Positions 60,901 to 64,000 of a stretch of DNA of 64,000 nt are shown here, piece by piece (position 1 is the stretch's first letter; each line of letters opens with the position of its first letter). Position numbers and translations under genes: made by a program. The stretch lies in contig NC_135807.1 in assembly GCF_964213995.1 (NCBI RefSeq), positions 51,832,001 to 51,896,000 of the forward strand, written 5' to 3'. The notes beneath the pieces were generated by a model. That model searched no databases. It had not been told where the DNA came from and saw nothing but the letters and a program-made list of their open reading frames with translations. Source of the stretch: Mustelus asterias. Its lineage: Eukaryota.

Positions 60901-61775
60901 AATGGAGGGATACAAAAGAGTGATCTAGTTTGGACCAGGGAGCGGCGCGGGCTAATTGTTCCTGGTTTCTCGTTTCAAGGCTTCATTCTACGATCATCTT
61001 GCTGGTGCCAGTACAGAGTGAGACTGCGGATAGTTGGGAACCTGTCTCGGGGGCAGGGGATTCATATGGTGTTCGTGGAAGTGGAAATGACTAGGGTTGG
61101 GAAGCATTTTCCGATCGGGGCCATTGTGATCTCCTGGACTCGTTTCGATCGCCTCAGGGGGTCGGAGAGGAATTTCCCAGATTTTTTTTTCCCCATATTG
61201 GCCCTGGGGTTTTTCACTCTGGGTTTTCGCCTCTCCCTGGAGATCACATGGTCTGGAATGGGGGGGTGGGGGTAAGTTAATAGGTTGTAATGAACAAAGC
61301 ATCGTAGCTGTGAGGGACAGCTCGGTGGATAGGATATTGGTATGTAGATAGGCTGGAAAATTGGGCGGGGATCCTGGATTCAGGATTCAATCCTGGACCG
61401 GGGAGCGGCGCGGGCTTGGAGGGCCGAAGGGCCTGTTCCTGTGCTGTATTGTTCTTTGTTTGTTCTTATGAGGATAGACTGAGGGAGCTCGGTCTTTTCT
61501 CCTTGGAGAGACATAGGATGAGAGGAGACTTAATAGAGGTATATAAGATGTTGAGAGGCATAGATCGGGTGGACTCTCAGAGGCTTTTTCCCAGGGTGGA
61601 AATGGCTGCTACGAGAGGACACAGGTTTAAGGTGCTGGGGGCTAGGTACAGGGGAAATGTTCGGGGAAAGTTTTTCACACAGAGGGTGGTGGACAAGTGG
61701 AATCGACTGCCATCAGTGGTGGTGGAGGCAAACTCAATAGGGTCTTTTAAGAGACTCCTGGATGAGTACATGGGA
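57995..61775 (+). mobile_element. Young CR1 LINE (element A; endonuclease end, RT, C-terminus) interrupted by element B
   Basis: ORFs 58028..58750 (MGDFNFP, HLGDNDHN), 58747..59508 and 59460..60173 (GVPQGSVLGP, KFADDTK), with two frameshifts. Resumes at 61464 with SYEDRLRELGLFSLE. Confidence 0.92.
60107..61465 (+). mobile_element. Young CR1 LINE (element B), 5'-truncated, nested in element A
   Basis: Restarts at DT.K; intact 240-aa ORF 60206..60928; long 3' UTR ending gggccgaagggcctgttcctgtgctgtattgttct. Confidence 0.88.
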
Positions 61776-62431
61776 CTTTGTTGGCAACTCAGGATGGAAT
61801 ACTGTTTCTATCCTAACCAACAGGCTAGGGTGAAATGCAACATTAAATGTCCTTTCGATGAATTAGTGTATGTTCCTACTGGACCTTCAGTCAGAAAATG
61901 AGTGACGTGAACTGTAATGGAACAGTAAGTGTAAATTCAATGTTGCATGAAAGTCAATTAAGTGCACTCTTTCAACTTAAAGTGGTATTAACTTATTGTT
62001 AAATTCCAACCCAAGGGCATCATTGAAGGAATACTCTGATGAGTTAAGCCAACCAGTGCATGATTCATCCCAGACTTGTAGAACTGTAAGAATTTACATT
62101 TTTATAGCACCTTCACTGTGGGAAATCATCCCAAGGTGTTTCATGAGCGAACGTTTGACTCTTGAGCTAAAGTCTGGTCAAAGAGAAATAGATTTTAAAC
62201 AATATCTTCAAAGAGGAGAGTGCTTTTGGGAGGGATTTCCACAGCCTTAGCTGAAGGCGTGACCGATGGTGGAAAGAAGGAAACTGAAGATGCACAAAAA
62301 TTGGAGAAATGCAGATTTTTCAAAGGGTTTTGCAGGGCTGGAGACAGTTATAGGGTCACCGGACAAAAGAATTGAATTGCAGAGGTGAGGTGAGAGTGAC
62401 TGCTCTTGAATCAAGGCAGCATTTAACCAAG

Positions 62432-62730
62432 TGTGGCATGGTGGCACAGTGGTTAGCACTGCTGCCTCACAGTGTCAGGGACTGGGTTCAATTCTGGCCT
62501 TGTGTGTGTGTGTGTGGAATTCACACATTCTCCCCGTGTCTGTGCAGGTTTCCTCCCACACTCCAAAGATGTGTGGGTTAGGTTGATTGGCCATGCTAAA
62601 TTGCCCCTTAGTGTCAGGCAGATTAGCAGGGTAAATAGGTGGGGCTATGGGGATTGGGCCTGGGTGGGATTGTTGTCAGTGCATGCTCAATGGGTCAATT
62701 GGCTTGCTTCTGCACTATGGGGATTCTATA
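62432..62730 (+). mobile_element. HE1 V-SINE
   Basis: Head, V domain and tail present. Confidence 0.83.
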
Positions 62731-63182
62731 AAAATAGTGTTGAGAGTGGGAGGAAATGAGAGGGGGGACTTTTAATTCCTAAACTGGGTCAGTTAGGAAA
62801 CTAAAATAACTATTTGCATTGTGCCCACAACCTGGCTCTAACACTACCTATTTCTATTGTACCACTGTTAAATCTGAATGCTAACTGAAGTCAGGAACAT
62901 TAGTGCAGACAGGTCTGGGTGGCATGGACAAGTTGGGCCGAAGGGCCTGTTTCCATGCTGTAAACCTCTATGACTCTATTGCAATGATTAACATTCCTTG
63001 GAGACACTAATGAGGTCTGTTAAATTGAATTTAACAGCATTTCTAGCATAGGTTTTCGAGGACACAAGAAACTGACTGAGGTGAAATTGAGCGCTGTAAG
63101 GTAAATGTTTAAACTTAAAAAACTTTCACAGGCAATTAGTCATGGGCAATAAATGCTGAATGGGCAAGCAAAGACTATGTTT

Positions 63183-63845
63183 TAATCCATTCATGGGATA
63201 TAGGCATCGTTAGCTAGGCCAGCATTTACTGCCCATCCCTAGCTGCCCTTCAAAAGGTGGTGGTAAGCTGCATTCTTGAACCACTGCAGTCCCTGAGGTG
63301 TAGATACACCCACAGCACTGTCAGGGAAGGAATTCCATCATTTTGACCCAGTAAAGTCAGGATGGTGGGTGACTTGGAGGGGAATCCAAAGATGTGCGGG
63401 TTAGGTTGATTGGCTATGCTAAAAATTGCCCCTTAGTGTCCTGGGATGCGTAGATTAGAGGGATTAGTGAGTAAAACATGTAGGGATATGGAGGTAGGGC
63501 CTAGGTGGGATTGTGTTCGGTGCAGACTCGATGGGCCAAATGGCCTCTTTCTGTACTGTAGGGTTTCTATGATTTCTATGAATCTCCAGGTGGTGGCATT
63601 CCAAAGTATCTGCTGCTCTTGTCCTTCTAGATGGTAGTGGTCATGCATTTGGAAGGTGCTGCCTGAAGAACCTTGGTGAGTTCTTGCAATGCACCTTGTA
63701 GATGGTACTTTTGCCAATGTGCAGCGGTTGTGGAGGGATTGAATGTTTGTGGAAGAGGTAGCAATCAAGTGAGGGCTGCTTTGTCTTGGATGATGTTGAG
63801 CTTCTTGATTGTTGTTGGAGCTGCACCCATCCAAACACTTGTCCC
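63183..63845 (-). mobile_element. Second LINE family 3' region with a nested HE1 3' half (63385-63580, +)
   Basis: gccagcatttactgcccatccct tail; the SINE splits ggggaatc...ccaggtggtgg. Confidence 0.78.
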
Positions 63846-64000
63846 ATGAATGAATTTAAAAAATGTAAAAACTTGTTATCGCTTCATCCAGTTATTACAA
63901 TTTGAATCTATGTTTCTGCTGGCAAACATGGCAAAGAATTCTTGTGGACATAATTTTTTTTAACCTAGATGAGTAGTGGGTATGTCTAACAGAAAATGGC

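Noticed and set aside
57995-61775. Full-length active CR1
   Set aside because: 5'-truncated within the endonuclease, no ORF1, frameshifted and interrupted.

Overview
Vertebrate nuclear DNA, almost certainly from a shark (dense HE1-type V-SINEs, Deu-domain SINE, CR1 LINEs). It carries the conserved CHMP4C-ZFAND1-IMPA1 block. CHMP4C coding exon 1 is on the minus strand (9830-10043; no later exons were found in the window). A complete 8-exon ZFAND1 (+, 10156-24997, ~266 aa) starts only 112 bp away, head-to-head. A complete IMPA1 (+, 8 coding exons, 42903-54630, 281 aa) has a probable non-coding first exon near 34.4 kb. Much of the rest is transposon-derived: CR1 LINEs (one young nested pair), Tx1-like LINEs, a second LINE family with a partner SINE, a decayed Gypsy element, a decayed PIF/Harbinger element, and several Penelope-derived insertions carrying minimal hammerhead ribozyme motifs, two of them palindromic with clear target-site duplications. 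Most notable: the very compact bidirectional promoter; hammerhead cores that are mutated in all four clearly readable host-sense copies; a shared TTTATC target motif; a GC-AG intron in ZFAND1; and no SLC10A5 in the interval it occupies in human. All calls were made by eye with no database searches, and repeat boundaries are approximate.
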